A stretch of DNA of 64,000 nucleotides, taken from contig JAHLWZ010000076.1 in the NCBI GenBank assembly GCA_020536535.1, positions 1 through 64,000 of the forward strand. Reading direction: 5' to 3'. A program made the translations under genes and the position numbers. This document shows, in pieces, positions 23,601 to 37,300 of the stretch. The notes under the pieces were generated by a model. It did not search any database. It saw nothing but the letters and a program-made list of their open reading frames with translations, and was not told the DNA's origin. How positions within the stretch are numbered: position 1 is the first letter of the stretch; every line of letters begins with the position of its first letter. Source of the stretch: Pelomyxa schiedti (Eukaryota > Protista > Evosea).

Positions 23601-26460
23601 TTAGTTGGCTGGTAAGCCCTTGTATAGTTCCTATGGAAAGGAGTTGGAAGAGATTTCAAACAACAAAGGGAACTGTAACCTGAATAAGGTTGGCATAACG
23701 AGCAGCTAGGGCTGGCCTTTTCAGTTTCATTGTAGAACTCATCACACCAGCCTCAGGGGTCCATTCATCAGCAACCAATGCAAAAGCTCCAGGCCTCTCA
23801 AATCGTGCCAGCTGAGATGTACTTAAGTAGATCATAGGGTGGGGTAGGGAGATGAACCTTGGACTGTTCGGCTGCGTTTTGGAACGACTGTTCCACAGCC
23901 TTGATTATTCTTGGATTTTTCGTTGCCTGGGCGTACTCTTCATCAGTCTGAGGTAGTGTAAACTAGGACTAAAGGGTATTTGTAATGCATTTTGCCTTAA
24001 ATTTCTCGCCAAGGAAGCTCTCTGCTCGACTTTTTGAAAGAATGCATATAGCCACAGGCAACACACGAGAGGTATCTGCAAAAAGCCACACAAAGTCAAC
24101 CCAAGAGCTTCTCATGTACACAGTCTCTATTTTTTCGAGCCTGTAAAAGTCAGAAAAGGGAAAAAATGGGGTATCGAATTCTTACGGCAGGTATTCCCCA
24201 TGCGCGAGTTTTACAACGTTCTTTTTCCTGTCAATCAACTCAAAAGCGCCATCAGGGTATAACTGTTGAAGACTTGAGTCTTCAAGGACTCACAAACGAA
24301 AAAAAAAAGATTACTTGTGCAATGTCACCAGTGTGGAAGTAGCCATCAGGAGTAAATGCCTCGGCACTGAGTAAAAAGAAAATAAGTGCACACCTCAGTA
24401 ACTGGGACAATGTACGTGTCTTCTGGCAGGTTATAGTAACCCACTGCAACTTGGTTTCCACGCACACAGACTTCCCCAGCAGGGTAGGGCTTAGATTTAC
24501 TTGTATAGTTCAACTCCGGTACATCTTCTAACTTAATCTCTGAAATTCTGTCACTTGAGGAATTTTGATAAAAATGAGGTACCACAAGAACAGCAAGGGT
24601 TCCCAACTCTTCCAAGTCTGCAGTCGTGAGCATGGTGCACAGAGAGAATGCCAACTGTTTCTGTGAGGCCTGCCCGGAATATAAGGACAAGACTTAAAGG
24701 GGGGCGTTTTTTACCGTAACCAATCACAACATCGCAACAGAAAGCTGCTAGCATCCACCTGTGAGTTTTCTTGGAGAGAAGAGCACCGCCACTAACAAAC
24801 ATCCTCAATCTTCCGCCCATAGCCTGCGCGAATTTGTTGCACACAAGTCTGTCAATAATTGCACAAACAACTCTCGCGGTTAACGTGTATCTGATGCGTC
24901 CTGAAAACGTATTGATATTTGTAGAGAATTGGCAATCATTGCTCACCAACCATTCGCTGCTTAAGTTGCAATGCAGTGAGAACAAATAATTTCTTAAGGA
25001 GAGATTGGCTGTGAATCTTTGCTTCAACCCCTTTGCGGATCTTTTCAAAGATTAAAGGAACGCCAGCAAAAATCGTGGGTCGAAGTTCTGAAAGGTCAGC
25101 CTTGCAGTCATATACTGCTGCATCAGTGAGAGTTCTGTTTCTCTGGAGAAAGTCAATTCCAGAAGACTAGAATCTACACGTACCCCGAATCCTATTGGAA
25201 CATGACCTGCCATCATAACAGACTGCGCAAACAGCTCGAAGATGTGTGCTATTGGCAAATACGACAAATAAGTTTCTTCAGGATGAATACCCGCCTTTAT
25301 GGCATGTTGGCCTGATACAACTGCTCCAACAATGGTTGTATGAAGAAGGACAACACCTTTAGGGATTCCAGTGGTTCCACTGGTGAACCTGGCAGAACAC
25401 TAAGCCAAATCATAGTCAAGAACATAGCACACACATTACAACAGCTGTATCAGTTGGGGCAGGTGGGTCATGGGCCACAGGGTTCTTTGCTCCTATCTCC
25501 ACAAGCTCATCAAAATTAAGGAGTCTGACACCATGAGTCATAAACTTTTCCGTCATTGAAGGGCTAGTTCTCCCAACGGCGATGACAGACTTGAGCAGGG
25601 GCAATCTTTCAAGCAGCTCTAGTACCTGATTGCCAGTGAGAAGGATGTAAATAAAGGTGCGGTTACATTATTCAACAAATCGTCACTAGTCAATAGTACA
25701 GAGATTTTAGTCTGTGTGAAAGCATTGACTATTCCCTCGGCACCCATATTAGCATAGACAGTAGTAGGTATCATTGAATGTGAAAAAGAAGCATTGATAG
25801 TCAAAAGCGCTGGAAGACAGGTCTCAATGTACATTCCAACCATATCCCCTCTCCCCAAGCCAAGTGACCGTAACCCTGACCCAAGGTCAGTTACTCTTGC
25901 ACCAACTTCGGCATACGAAAGCCAGTGATAAGGTGAGAGCTTGTACTTTGTAATGGGTTTTTGGGAACCAGGAACCTAAATAAATATCAATATCAACCCG
26001 TAGGCCACGATAGTTTTGTTACTCCCACCAGTTTATACACCAAACTTGTTTTAATTTTCCATATTACCTAGAAACATAAAACAGTCACACTACAAACCTG
26101 CACGTCCTTAGTCTCCAAAATATCGCGATATCCGTAGCACCTGGCTTCGCCGCCGCTTTTCACAGCGCACCAAAACGTGTCATAGCAAGTCTGCTCGCCG
26201 TGCGGAAGCACCGGCTTGCACCGGAACGACGCGTCGTCGTGCCCAGGGCCGGTCACTTGGTTCCTGAGATCGCGCATCTCGCCAGGGCAGAACGGCGATC
26301 CCGTGGTTCGCCTCGCTACGTTGTTTGGCGGCGTGAACGCGGGTACGCTTTTTGGCCTGTGTCTTCGCCTGCGGGCCACAGTACAGTCCGCTATCACGAA
26401 CGCGAGGATCGTCGCACACGTGAGTACCAGTAACGTCCATATTACGAACATGTGGTGCAT
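23601..26460 (-). CDS. Long-chain fatty acyl-CoA synthetase
   Basis: AMP-binding motif [10 protein letters not shown]-like, [12 protein letters not shown]|[41 protein letters not shown]; N-terminal TM anchor. Confidence 0.9.
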
Positions 26461-26711
26461 CTTGTAGATCTTGACGTCTGACCGCTCGTGACACACAACT
26501 TCGCCTTTTTCAGTTTTTTCACAGCGTTTGCGAGAATTTTTGGAACTGAAATTTCGTTGACAACGAGAAAAAAAAAAAGGTGCCACGAAGAATTCGAATA
26601 GAACGTGGATGTAAGGAGCACTTTTTTTTTTATCAACAGTGGTACTGACCACTGCTCTGATTGTAATTGGGGACAAAACTTCGGATACAAATGTGTAAGC
26701 ACAAAGAGTAT

Positions 26712-28581
26712 CTACAACGCGTCTTCGGTTATGTTTTCTCCACAGTGTATCTTCTTGTCCAGGAAGCCTTTTTTCACCAACGAGTCCTCCAAGTAACTAC
26801 GGGATTGTTAGAAGTGAACCATAAAAAAAAAAGAGATAAGGTGGACACACTTCTCCCATCGGTAAATGAGTGTACCTGCAAAATTGCTTAGCTTGGGTAA
26901 AATACTGACAATCTTACCATTCTTGGGGGGTAAAGTGATGTTGTTTGCACCTGCCGTGGAGCGTAAAAAGTGAATAATCATTGCACCCTTTGAGTACGGG
27001 ACTTTCCCTCTTACGGACCTGTAACGTTTGGCAACGCAAGAGTTAACTGGTTTTCTTTAGTATTTAGTGGAAGATACCCTGCACCATAGCTCACAACCAA
27101 AGTGGAGGTGGGCATTGTATGAAGCTTGGGTGGAGGTTTTCCTGTTTCATTGATATAACTCATGAAAACATTTGTCAGAAGCCCTGGCCCAGCACAGCCC
27201 TTACAATTGTCTTTCTGGTAAGTTTCAAATCTTTGAAGAAAAAACAAAGGAGAGAAGAGTGAACATGGAACTTAAATTGAGTTGGGATATACTACAGCTC
27301 AAGACATCGCCGAATGTAAGGGTGCTGGGGACGAAAGTTGAAAAGAGCGCCATTGTGCGGTATGAAGAACGTTGTTGCATTAGCTGTAGAAGATAAGTTA
27401 GACAGAAAAAGAAATGAAACACACGGTTTGTTAAGTCGGGATAACAGTCTTGGAAACGTTGAGGAATGCAACTCGGCATTTTGTATCTTTTTGGACAACC
27501 AACAGCCTCAGTGCGTGAGATGATGTTACTAACAGAGGGGAATTGACGAGTAATCACAAAGTCAAAATCGAGGTAAGTCCCTCCATAAATATATAGCCAT
27601 GCCAGGCGCAAGTAATCACTAATGTGATGAAGAACCCATTGTGAGGTTGTATTCGAAGGCACAGTTTTGGGGTCAAAGAATTTTTTAAATTCGTCAAGGT
27701 GCACTCTGAGCCAGTGCGAGCCTGGAATTCCAGAATAAGCAAGCTCATCCAAATTGTAACGTTCAATGATGATAGTTCCCTGCTAGTGTCAGTCTAATGT
27801 AGTATTAAAGGTGACTACTTGTGTGAACTCACTAAAGAAGTCCAGTGGTAGCGTATTAGAATGAATCAAGATAGACCTAAAAACATTGGGAGAGAGGGAA
27901 AAAAAGCTCAGTATACCCTCCCTCATCCCCAAAAGAAACTACATAATACCTATCAGGCATAGTGTTGAATACCGACAGCATAGGGAGTAACATAATGCAC
28001 TTTGGAGGCACTTTTCCCTTTGATGTCTCCCAAAAGAAGTGCAAAACAGAGGGTACGCCGTCGCATGCGCTGTGTCCAGCGGCCCCACCTTGCGTGTATT
28101 TGACACGGTTGATAGAATCACCCGCAGAGCAGGGGGGATTGTCTCGCCGGAAAGGCCCGAAGACGTCCGGGTGCGAGACGTAGGGCCCGACGTAGTACCA
28201 GTCGAACACGTCGTCGTCCTCAGCGGTGTGGGTGTAACACTCGTGCTTCGGCGGGACATCGGAAGAGGACGACGACGGCGATGCGGCGGCTTCCTCCTCT
28301 TCGATCCACGCGGAGTGAAGCCGGGCCTGCTCGTATGCGTAGCTTTTTTGTCGCTCCTCCGGGATTATGGGGTGCGCCGAAGACGAGACGCGCCTGTGGG
28401 TGTCCCCATTTTGTTGGTGTCGTTGGCCCTGGGTCTGAAGTTGGTCGACCTGCTGTTGCTGCGGCCAACGAGGTTGATCGTCGACTACGAGGTCGTCTTG
28501 GATCCACACCAGCCACATCAACGAGATGCACCACAGAGAGCACACCCCCACGACCCACGCCACCAGCACACGTGAACGCAT
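26712..28581 (-). CDS. GT32-family glycosyltransferase (DxD sugar-binding region), type II membrane protein
   Basis: N-terminal TM; SDYLRLAWLYIYGGTYLDFDFV; AGPGLLT. 3' end approximate. Confidence 0.75.
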
Positions 28582-29042
28582 TCGGGTTTAAAAGAAAAAG
28601 AGACGAACCAGATCTCAGGGCAGGCGGTTAGGAGGGTCGAGTGATGGGTGTCAGAACCCGCATTGGCCGCAAGCGAAAGGAAAAAGAAAGATTGGGAAGA
28701 AAGCACAATGGGGTTCTTGGGGTGTCTCTGGGAGGGTTCTTGAGAGATGCATTCCGGATGGGGAAGGGGTGTTCGATCAATGGCACAGTTTGTTGAAGTC
28801 TATTTTGGTCAAAGTTGTATTGCTTTGAAGGCGGCGAAGGTGTTGAAACGCCTTTTGGGAAATTTGGTTTGTCCCGCCCAGAGAGCTTCATTGAAAATAC
28901 AGTGTTTGGCAGCTTAGTTGCTTTTGAAAAAAGGAAAAAAGCAGTAAAAAAGCGGAAAACGGTTTGATTTACAAAATAAAATAAAAAAACAACAACACAA
29001 CAGCCTCAGCAGTACCCGACAGCCCGGATCTACGACACAACA

Positions 29043-29766
29043 ATGAGCAAGTACGAAGACGCACTTCCCTCGGACACGTATAAGATGGTCCTCATTGGTG
29101 ACGGTGGTGTCGGAAAGAGCGCTATTACGCTGTCGCTCACACAGCACATCTTCATCACCGAGTACGATCCTACGATCGAAAACGCTTACCGCAAGCCCAT
29201 GTCCGTCGACGACAGAATTTGTGTGTTGGACATTCTGGACACTGCTGGGCAGGAGGAATTCTCTGCCATGGTATGACCGTTGTTCTGGAGAAACCTTTTT
29301 TTTATTGACTTCATTTTCTTAGAGAGAAGCCTATTTCCGCCAGGGGCAAGGGTTTATGATTGTTTGGAGTGTCGGAGACCGCGGAAGCTTCGATTCCGCA
29401 GGCGATTTCTACAGAAAAATCCTCCGAGTGAAAGACGCGGAATCCTTCCCTGTCGTCTTCTGTGGCAACAAGGCCGATTTACCTCCTTCTGAAAGGCTAG
29501 TGTCCGAAGCAGAAGGAAAAGCACTTGGAAAGTCTTGTGGGGGTGCCCCTTATCTTGAGGTAAACTTTTCCTGTCTATATGTAGTAGAGTCTGACCCTTC
29601 TATCTAGACCTCCGCTAAAGTTCGGTTAAATATCGAAGCTAGCTTTGAGACCCTCATAAGACTTGTCCGTAACTACAATAAAGTTCGCGGGCTTGTTGAG
29701 GATGACTCTGTTCGCATCAAGAAAAGAACAAAGCGAACCACCAAAGGAGGCTGCACTCTTCTGTAA
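29043..29766 (+). CDS. Ras-family small GTPase
   Basis: [34 protein letters not shown]; C-terminal CAAX CTLL; two introns. Confidence 0.95.
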
Positions 29767-29855
29767 ACTCTCTGTGTAGTTTGTGTACATATGAGTTGTA
29801 ACATACCTGAAATTTAAAGAAAAAAACTCCATTTTGCGCAATGTACTTCTTTGTT

Positions 29856-31482
29856 TCAGCAAAAGAGATTTTTTAGTAGCACAACAATTAAGGCCCCAAT
29901 TACAATGATCAGAGAGAAAAGGATGCCAATAGCGTTCATAGGAATGAGAGGGATTCTTACGTGCTGGAACTTCCCTGTGCACATGGGCTTGTGTGCATCA
30001 AAACTTGTGGGATCAGCATGCATCGGATTCAACGGGTTGTGTATGTGCTGAAGTTTGCTCACTGAGCAAGCCGGTTGGTTGGAGATCAGATGCACAAAGG
30101 GTTTCATTGGAGTGGTGGAATCATTGAATAGAAGCTCGGCTCCAGAGAATCCGTCTCCCTGTGGTGTGTTGAGGTTTCAAGGTTTAAATCTCTAAGTAAT
30201 AACCTTTCCGGGAAGTGTCCTGTAGTACTCGTCACTGCGGCTGAAATTAGTTTCTTCCCACAGGCCAGAGTGGAATGACCTGGACCAATGCAGTAAAGCA
30301 CCTGCTCTTGCAGTAATTCATTCGTCAAGATTTCGCGGGCAGGAGAAAGCGGGAAAAGGAACCTGGTGCAGAGGAACCCTCGACATGCCTGTAAAGTACA
30401 CCTCCTGGTGTTATTAAGACTTGGGCCGGGGTTTTCCTCTCTTCGTTTTCGGTCAATTGTAAATTGACTTGAGAAACGGTCTTATCGTGCCTCATAACTT
30501 CCACAGCCTACATATATTTATAGTTGCATCTTTTTTCATTGGATAAAAGATTACATATGAGAGAACAGGATAGGTGAAAATTTCGTCCCACAGTCTATCA
30601 TCGTCAACTACAAGAACATACTCAGACCAGCGGCATAATGTGTAATATGCCATATTTTGTGCATACCCTGTAAATCGAGTGTGAGAGGGAATTGAGTAGT
30701 GCAATGAGGGTGCCTTGCCTTGCCCCTGGAACTCCTGAAAACGAAGAAACAATTAGCCAGGAGGAGCTGGATTGAACTTGGAAATACCACGAAAGAGCTG
30801 ACTTTCTCAAACTGCAGTTTTGATGTCAACTTGGCAGCCCGTGAGTAGTCTCCACTATTGTCAGTCCATACAACCTGGTATCTAGGTTGCTTACAGTGAT
30901 ACTTTGATGAAGGGCAGCTGACCTCAGACCAAATTCATCCAACTCCATGTGTCTTATGATGGCAACCAGTACTCTCTCCAGCATTTCATGCCTTCCACAA
31001 GTTATTGATGCTATGCATAAAGTCCCATTCAACTTCAAAAAAAAAAAAGTTAGCCTATAATACCAAATACATGAATACTAGTGGCATTTATTCAATACAT
31101 GTTCCCAACCACCAACCTCAGGATAGACTCTTCTCTTCACAGCCAACGAGGAATTCGAAGTTTCCTTTGCAAGCAGCTCCCACCTGGCCTCTCTATTCAA
31201 TTCGTGGTACAAGTAATTATGCTGTCGCGCGCCCGCGCACTCGTCGTAACTGCTGTTGCTGTAATTGCTGTTGCGGGCGCCCGCACCAATTGCCAGATTG
31301 GTTTCGTTGCCGACGACTGCGCTTTGCGCGGAGCTCGTAGAAGAGGACGAGGCAACGTCGTATCGGCCGGGCTCCGGCAGCAACAGACGAGGCCGCACGA
31401 CGGCGTGCAACAGCACAATTAAGACCACAGCCAACGTGACGACGATGCTGACGGCCACCACGCCTCCACGCCAGCAGCGCAT
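29856..31482 (-). CDS. Putative GT-A fold (GT2-like) glycosyltransferase, membrane-anchored
   Basis: N-terminal TM (VVAVSIVVTLAVVLIVLL), LCIASITCGRHEMLERVL, EYVLVVDDD. 3' exons uncertain. Confidence 0.5.
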
Positions 31483-31593
31483 CGCAGACGAAACGGACGG
31501 AACAGATGAACACCGGAACTCGAGCGAAAACGTGGAATCATTGAAGTTCGGTTCCCTTGATCAATCTTCAGTTGTTCTGCTCATCGAACGCCG

Positions 31594-32439
31594 ATGGCGA
31601 ACCCGAGGACAGTGATTTGTGGTGTTTGTTGTGTGGCGGCTTTGGTGTGGTGGAGGGCCGTCCTTTCTCATCCTAGAATGTTTATTTTCTTGTGAGTTCG
31701 TGCTCCTTTGCTTTTTTTTTCCTCTCTTAACGGGCCTTTTTTTTCCTTCTCCTCTTGGCCAACAAAACTAGGACCAACTGGGCCAATGCCCTTGCAGCTT
31801 GTTATTTTCTCAGCAGTGTTGCAGCAGACTTGGCTCTTGGGCGTGACTACAGGGAAAAAAGGGGGTGGTTGTTTGGCTTCCAAGGTGCGTTCCTTCGCTT
31901 CGTCACCTCTTTGAACCTTACTGTGCTCCTGATGTTTTGGGTGTGGCTCAAACTCAAATTGAAATTAAGATAGAGGAGGATACACTACCCTTTTCCTTCG
32001 CATAACTTACAAATAACAACACCCAGGGGCTATTCTTTATCAATCCTCTGAATGTCATGTCTCCAAGGTCAACGTATCCTCTGACTCTCAATGTACTTCA
32101 ACATGTAATTTGCCCGGTTATGCTACTTGTTGAGTGTCTGTACCACCGCATTCCCAGAGCTTTACTTTCCATCATCACTGATTTTGTAATTGCAGTACGA
32201 TTTCCTTTTCTGTCACTTCCTTTATGGCTAATACCGATCATTTTGTCCAGGTTGCTGCAGCAGGGCTTTACCTTGGATACATTGCCTGGCTGCACTATTC
32301 TCACGGTTTCAAATGGCCTTACAGAGTCATTGAAGATGTTGGATTACCCACTATGTTTTTTATTGGCTGTTCCACGATCGCACTTATCAGTCTGTGCCTT
32401 AGGCTTCTGCCACAATCCAAAAAACCCAAAAAGAACTAG
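31594..32439 (+). CDS. AIG1/ADTRP (FAR-17a)-like membrane protein
   Basis: Spliced MFIFL|TNW, LNVLQHVICPVMLLVE, YIAWLHYSHGFKWPYRVIE. Confidence 0.75.
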
Positions 32440-32536
32440 ACAACACTTCTCTTGTCATTATCAACCTGTACAACAAAAAAGAGAAAAACAAAGAGGTTTT
32501 GAGCTCTATTACGATCGAATGTGGTGACACAGAGAA

Positions 32537-34234
32537 TTACTCAGTGGGTTCCAAAAATTCTGGTGCCTCGTTGTCAGAATCAGCTTCCTCAGTTGACTTG
32601 GACCGGCCAGAGGAATTCTCATCGGGAATGCAGTGTGTTACTGATTGCATGTCAAGGGTGTCACTCTTTGTTTCTGAATCAACGTCGTTAAGTTGTTCAG
32701 TTTGCTGTTTGAGTGGTGGAGAAGCCGTAGGTGTCACGGCAACGGGGCTGTGGTCCCCACTGTGCTTGCTTGCGTGGCCGCCGTTCATCGAACAGCATAG
32801 ATTATCCGGTGATGGTGTCTTTGGAGGGTGGAGCTGTGGGTAATGTGCCACCAACTCTTCCGCTTGGAGGTGCTGATGCTGGTCGGATGATGCGGGCTGC
32901 TGCGTGTGCAACGAATTCATATTGAGTTGCAGTGGTGGGGATGGAGCTGTTGGGGGAGGCGAGAGGCACATCAAAAGCTGCGGCTGCTGAGGTTGTGTTA
33001 ATATTCCATGCGGTGAATGCGGAGATAACAACTGCTTCTGTTGTGATGGCTGCTGCGATTGTATTTGTTGTTGTTGCTGGGCTATCTGCAAGTGCTGCAT
33101 AGAAGAATTTGCAAAGAATACACCGGCTTCGTCGTCCAGTCCCCCAGAACTTACAGTGGCAGCCTGCTGACTCTGCTGAATCTGCTGCTGGGCATGCAAG
33201 TGCATCAATTGCTGCTGAAGGGCTATCATTTGCTGGTGCTGTTGCTGCTCCTGCTTGTGGTGGTATTGCTGTTGCTGCTCCTGTTTTTGTTGCTGCTGCT
33301 GCGAGTGACCTTGTGCGTGATGGTTGTTGGCGTTGGTATTGTTAATACCAATACTACTGCTACTGCTTCCATTGCTAACGATTATATTACTGTTGTTACC
33401 TCCGTTGCTGGTGCTGCTGATGCTGTTGTTAGAGACGGGAGATAGTAACACATCACGGGCGGCGCAATTGAGCCTCGCAAGCTGGCCAAAGTCTGTGGTC
33501 ACGAGGCTAATTTTGGCAACGAACTCAGAAAGGAGCGACCTAAGCACCCGGTTTTCTTCCCTAAGCGAGGCCACCTCCGCCCGCAAAATCCCACAATCCG
33601 GGTCTACAACTCCGCCTCCCATTCCCGTCCCTGTTCCTGTTCCTGTTCCCGCTCCCGCTCCCGCTCCGCTCGAGGTCGCGCACCCGCAACCGGACCCCGG
33701 CGGCATCGCCGAGGAAACGCCGGAGCCCAGCGGGGCGTTGCCGAGGCCGCCGCTTCCCACAATCGAGGATGGCTGCTGTTGGTGGATGTTGTTGCTGGCC
33801 AGGGCGTGGCTGCCGTTGCCTTGTTGTTGCTGTTGCTGTTGCGGTTGTTGTAGGGGCGGGGACAGACTTATGGGAGGATGGAAGACGATGTTCGATGTTG
33901 AGGTAGCAGTTGCGTAGTTTACCGGGCCGTTGGGGTTCAACGCCAATGGGGGCACTAATGGTGGTGGGTGCTTGGTGGGCTGTTGGTATTGCTGTTGTGG
34001 TGGTGGTTGTTGTTGTTGCTGGTGGGATGAAGGCGGGGAGCCGACGATGGTGGGGTGCTGCTGTAGTTGTTGTTGTTGCTGGAGTTGCAGCTGTTGCTGT
34101 TGCAAATGAGCCTGGAAGTGCTGCAGGTGTTGCTGAAATGTATTGTCCATCATTGGTGGTATTTCGGCGTTTTTATTTTTGTTTCGGCTTTTGTTTTTGG
34201 CTCCGGGGGTGCATTTGTTTTGACCTTGGGGCAT
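32537..34234 (-). CDS. Gln/His-rich low-complexity protein with a central leucine-zipper-like coiled coil
   Basis: 565-aa ORF with polyQ tracts and LRAEVASLREENRVLRSLLSEFVAKI. No basic region seen. Confidence 0.65.
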   Translation of the reverse strand: MPQGQNKCTPGAKNKSRNKNKNAEIPPMMDNTFQQHLQHFQAHLQQQQLQLQQQQQLQQHPTIVGSPPSSHQQQQQPPPQQQYQQPTKHPPPLVPPLALNPNGPVNYATATSTSNIVFHPPISLSPPLQQPQQQQQQQGNGSHALASNNIHQQQPSSIVGSGGLGNAPLGSGVSSAMPPGSGCGCATSSGAGAGAGTGTGTGTGMGGGVVDPDCGILRAEVASLREENRVLRSLLSEFVAKISLVTTDFGQLARLNCAARDVLLSPVSNNSISSTSNGGNNSNIIVSNGSSSSSIGINNTNANNHHAQGHSQQQQQKQEQQQQYHHKQEQQQHQQMIALQQQLMHLHAQQQIQQSQQAATVSSGGLDDEAGVFFANSSMQHLQIAQQQQQIQSQQPSQQKQLLSPHSPHGILTQPQQPQLLMCLSPPPTAPSPPLQLNMNSLHTQQPASSDQHQHLQAEELVAHYPQLHPPKTPSPDNLCCSMNGGHASKHSGDHSPVAVTPTASPPLKQQTEQLNDVDSETKSDTLDMQSVTHCIPDENSSGRSKSTEEADSDNEAPEFLEPTE

Positions 34235-34314
34235 GCATTAGCTGATGTCCATTCGTAGAAGCAAAATAAAGTCTCTTTTGTTTCGCACCACAAAAGAATT
34301 TTAAGTTCTGTGCG

Positions 34315-37300
34315 TTAGAGCCCAGGCCACTTGGAAGCATTGAGGTCAAAGTGTCGTAGTGGGTTAGGTGTAGTGTAACGGCCACGACCACGACCACGGC
34401 CTCGGCCGGGCCGGCCGGGTAGAGGAGGAGGAAGGTCCCAAGGTTCGGGAGTTGCCGGGGAGCACCAATCGACTTTAGGTGCCTGTTCGGTGGTCTCCTC
34501 TGGTACTGAGGACGGTTCTCGGGGCGCTGGGAGGTCCGGCTCCGGCTCGGCGGAGCTGCGGGCTGTTGTTGGAGGGGGAGGTCTGTGTACCCGTCCCCGT
34601 GCCGAGGCAAAACCACGAGTGGGAGCTCCTCTCATAGTACTGGGGCCGCCTCTCTCACCCCTTCCACCTCTCATTCCTCTGAAACCTCTGAAGGAACCTC
34701 TTCTCGGAGTATCATTATTTCCCCTTCCTCTGCCGCCCCTGTGGCTCCCCTGCTCAGGGGGTGGTTCCTCTTCCAGCTCAGTCAATTCCTCTGGCACAGT
34801 CTGCCTCTTGGTGAATTCTTTCACTGGGCTTTCGACGGCCCCTGCTGCACGTAGCATGGCTTCTACAGCAGAATTTTTCTCGGCAATAGAAATCCGTAGA
34901 GCGTTCCAGCCGTGATTATCTGTGCTGTTGATTTCCACGCGGGGATGTGCAAGTAGTGCGGCAATAATTGACTGTTGGTCCATGACAGGGTCGTGGGTAG
35001 GTGTCTTATTGGTAGTAGCTGTTCCTTGATGTGGTTGTGTGGAGACATGCTTCTGTTTGTAGTTGGAGTGGTTTTTGCTCTCCCGGTAACGAGGGTTTGG
35101 CTGGTGCTTGAGGTTTTTGTTTTTTGAGGTTTTGGTATCTGGGCTCGGTGGAAGATTCGTTTCAACTGGTCCGATAATGTTTTTCGAGGCAATATGGAGT
35201 GCAGTTTGGCCTGCAGTGGTCTTGGAATCAGGTTCAATCTCGGGGTGTGCCAGCAATAATTTGACAATTGTGAGAAACCCTCTTTTCGCGTTGAGCTAAA
35301 GTATTTGTGAAAAAAAAATTATACCTTTTACAGGCAATATGAAGTGCTGTCCATTTACGGCTGTTGAGAGGTAGATTGACATCTACACCTGATTCGATGG
35401 CTTTCTGTACAAGAAGTATGTCACCTCTATTGATGGCACTGCTGAACATGGATAACACAGCAGGATGGCTTGGTTTTTCATGCACCACCGTATCAACAAA
35501 TCTTTTGTTTCAGTTACGAGTCGATCAAAGGTTTTTTCCCCGTACACAGAAAGAGATCGGTAATTCTTTACTGCAAGTTGTAGAGTAGACTGTCCTTTTC
35601 TCTCCCCAACTGCCCTTGTAACAGTAGTCTTACTAGGGCACAGGGAAGCGGTTTTATGCAAAAATGCATCCCAATGTCTACCACTACAATATTTGCCACT
35701 GAGTGTCAATTTAAGTATGGCATCGGTAATGATTTTGGCTACCGAAATATGGCCACTCGCTAGGGCAATGTGAAGAGCTGTTTTATTGGTTTTGCTCTAC
35801 TTCCGTGAGAAAAGTTGTAATGACAAATGAATACCTTGAGGAAAGGTGACACCGAGTGAGAAAGAAGTTTTTCCACGGCCGCAATATGATTATGCCTGGC
35901 TGCCACCATCAATGCAGTCCACCTTAGCGAGATAAGAGGGAGTGAAGAGCAACAAATACGGTTGGATGAGGTACCCATTATTATTTTGTGCGTCCATCTT
36001 AACTCCATAATTAAAGAGTATTTCGATAGAATCGCAGGAGTTGTGACGACTTGCCAGATGCAGAGGAGTTGCCTTAAAAAAAAAAAAAGCAGCACTGGTA
36101 AATTGGTACTCATATTGTTTATGCATACACCATATCTATCAGGAGCATTCGAATTAGCTCCTAATTTTAGAAGGCTAGTCACCCATTCCGACTTATTCAA
36201 TTTGCATGCAATGTGGAGAAGGGTCTAGGAACGTTGGATGGGTCTAACGATGAATAGGAAACAAACTCTCTTTCTGCATGAGGTCACTGAAGAAACAAGA
36301 AGAGGAAGGTTTTCTGGTGTTTTTTCCTCATGATCGGTATCTGAACTCCGGCAAGAAAACGACTCAAGTATTTCTCTGTTTTGTATTACTGGTGTTGACC
36401 AAAACACTAAAGTAATCGTAGCATGCCTGAAATCTAACTTAGCTTTCCAGAGAGGATACCGTTTCTCTTTGGGAATTTCTTCAATTTTTAGTATTCCAGG
36501 GGATTCCCTCAAAACTAAATATTTTCCAGATCCTTGCGTTTTATCATTTTTATTTTGACTTCTGAACTTACACGCATTAGAAATATCAATAAAGAGCTCC
36601 AATACCGTGGTTTTTGTTTAAAAAATCGGCGTTGTCTTACAAATACCTTTCTACGCCGGCCTCGTTTGTGAAAAACCTCTGAATCACCAGCCTCAGTCAC
36701 TGTCTTTAGATGGAAGGTGAGGCAAAGAATAAGATGCGGGGGTCTACATGATCCATTTTTGTTTTCAATCTGCGAATGCGCCCTTCTATCAGACGCACTT
36801 TGTTCAAGAAATGGGGGAAATCTGAAATAAAATACGTAACATCTTCATAAGTAATGCATGAATACAAGAGTGAAAGAAGTACCAAAATCTGGAGTTTCGC
36901 ACTGAGTCTCAGAAGCATCAGTGTCATGACAGATTTCTTCTTGATTTTCGTTTGCCGGTTTGCCCGGAGGTTGCATTTTGGGGGGAAATTCCTCCCCTCT
37001 CTCCCTCGCCAAGTTCTTTGCTTCACAAAATTGTTTCCATTCTTCCACAGATGGGTGGGTTTGGGAGACAGTCGAATTGTTCTCTTGTACGTCCTCAATT
37101 TCTTCCTCATCCTCACAACTACTAATACATGTTGCAAACGGATCCCGGCGCTCTATTGGCGCAGGAGGTAGTGGAGACGGCTCCATGGCCAAAGGAGACA
37201 ACGCAGCACAAGAACAACGCTTTTCCCACTGGGAGAAGGCCATGTTTTGGCCAAGATTCAACACCTTATCTTCATACTGCCTAATGAGCTGGGTTTTCGA

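Noticed and set aside
29160-29190. Ras effector loop YDPTIEN (D38N) as a novel variant
   Set aside because: TIEN is already known in Rheb and amoebozoan RasC-type proteins.
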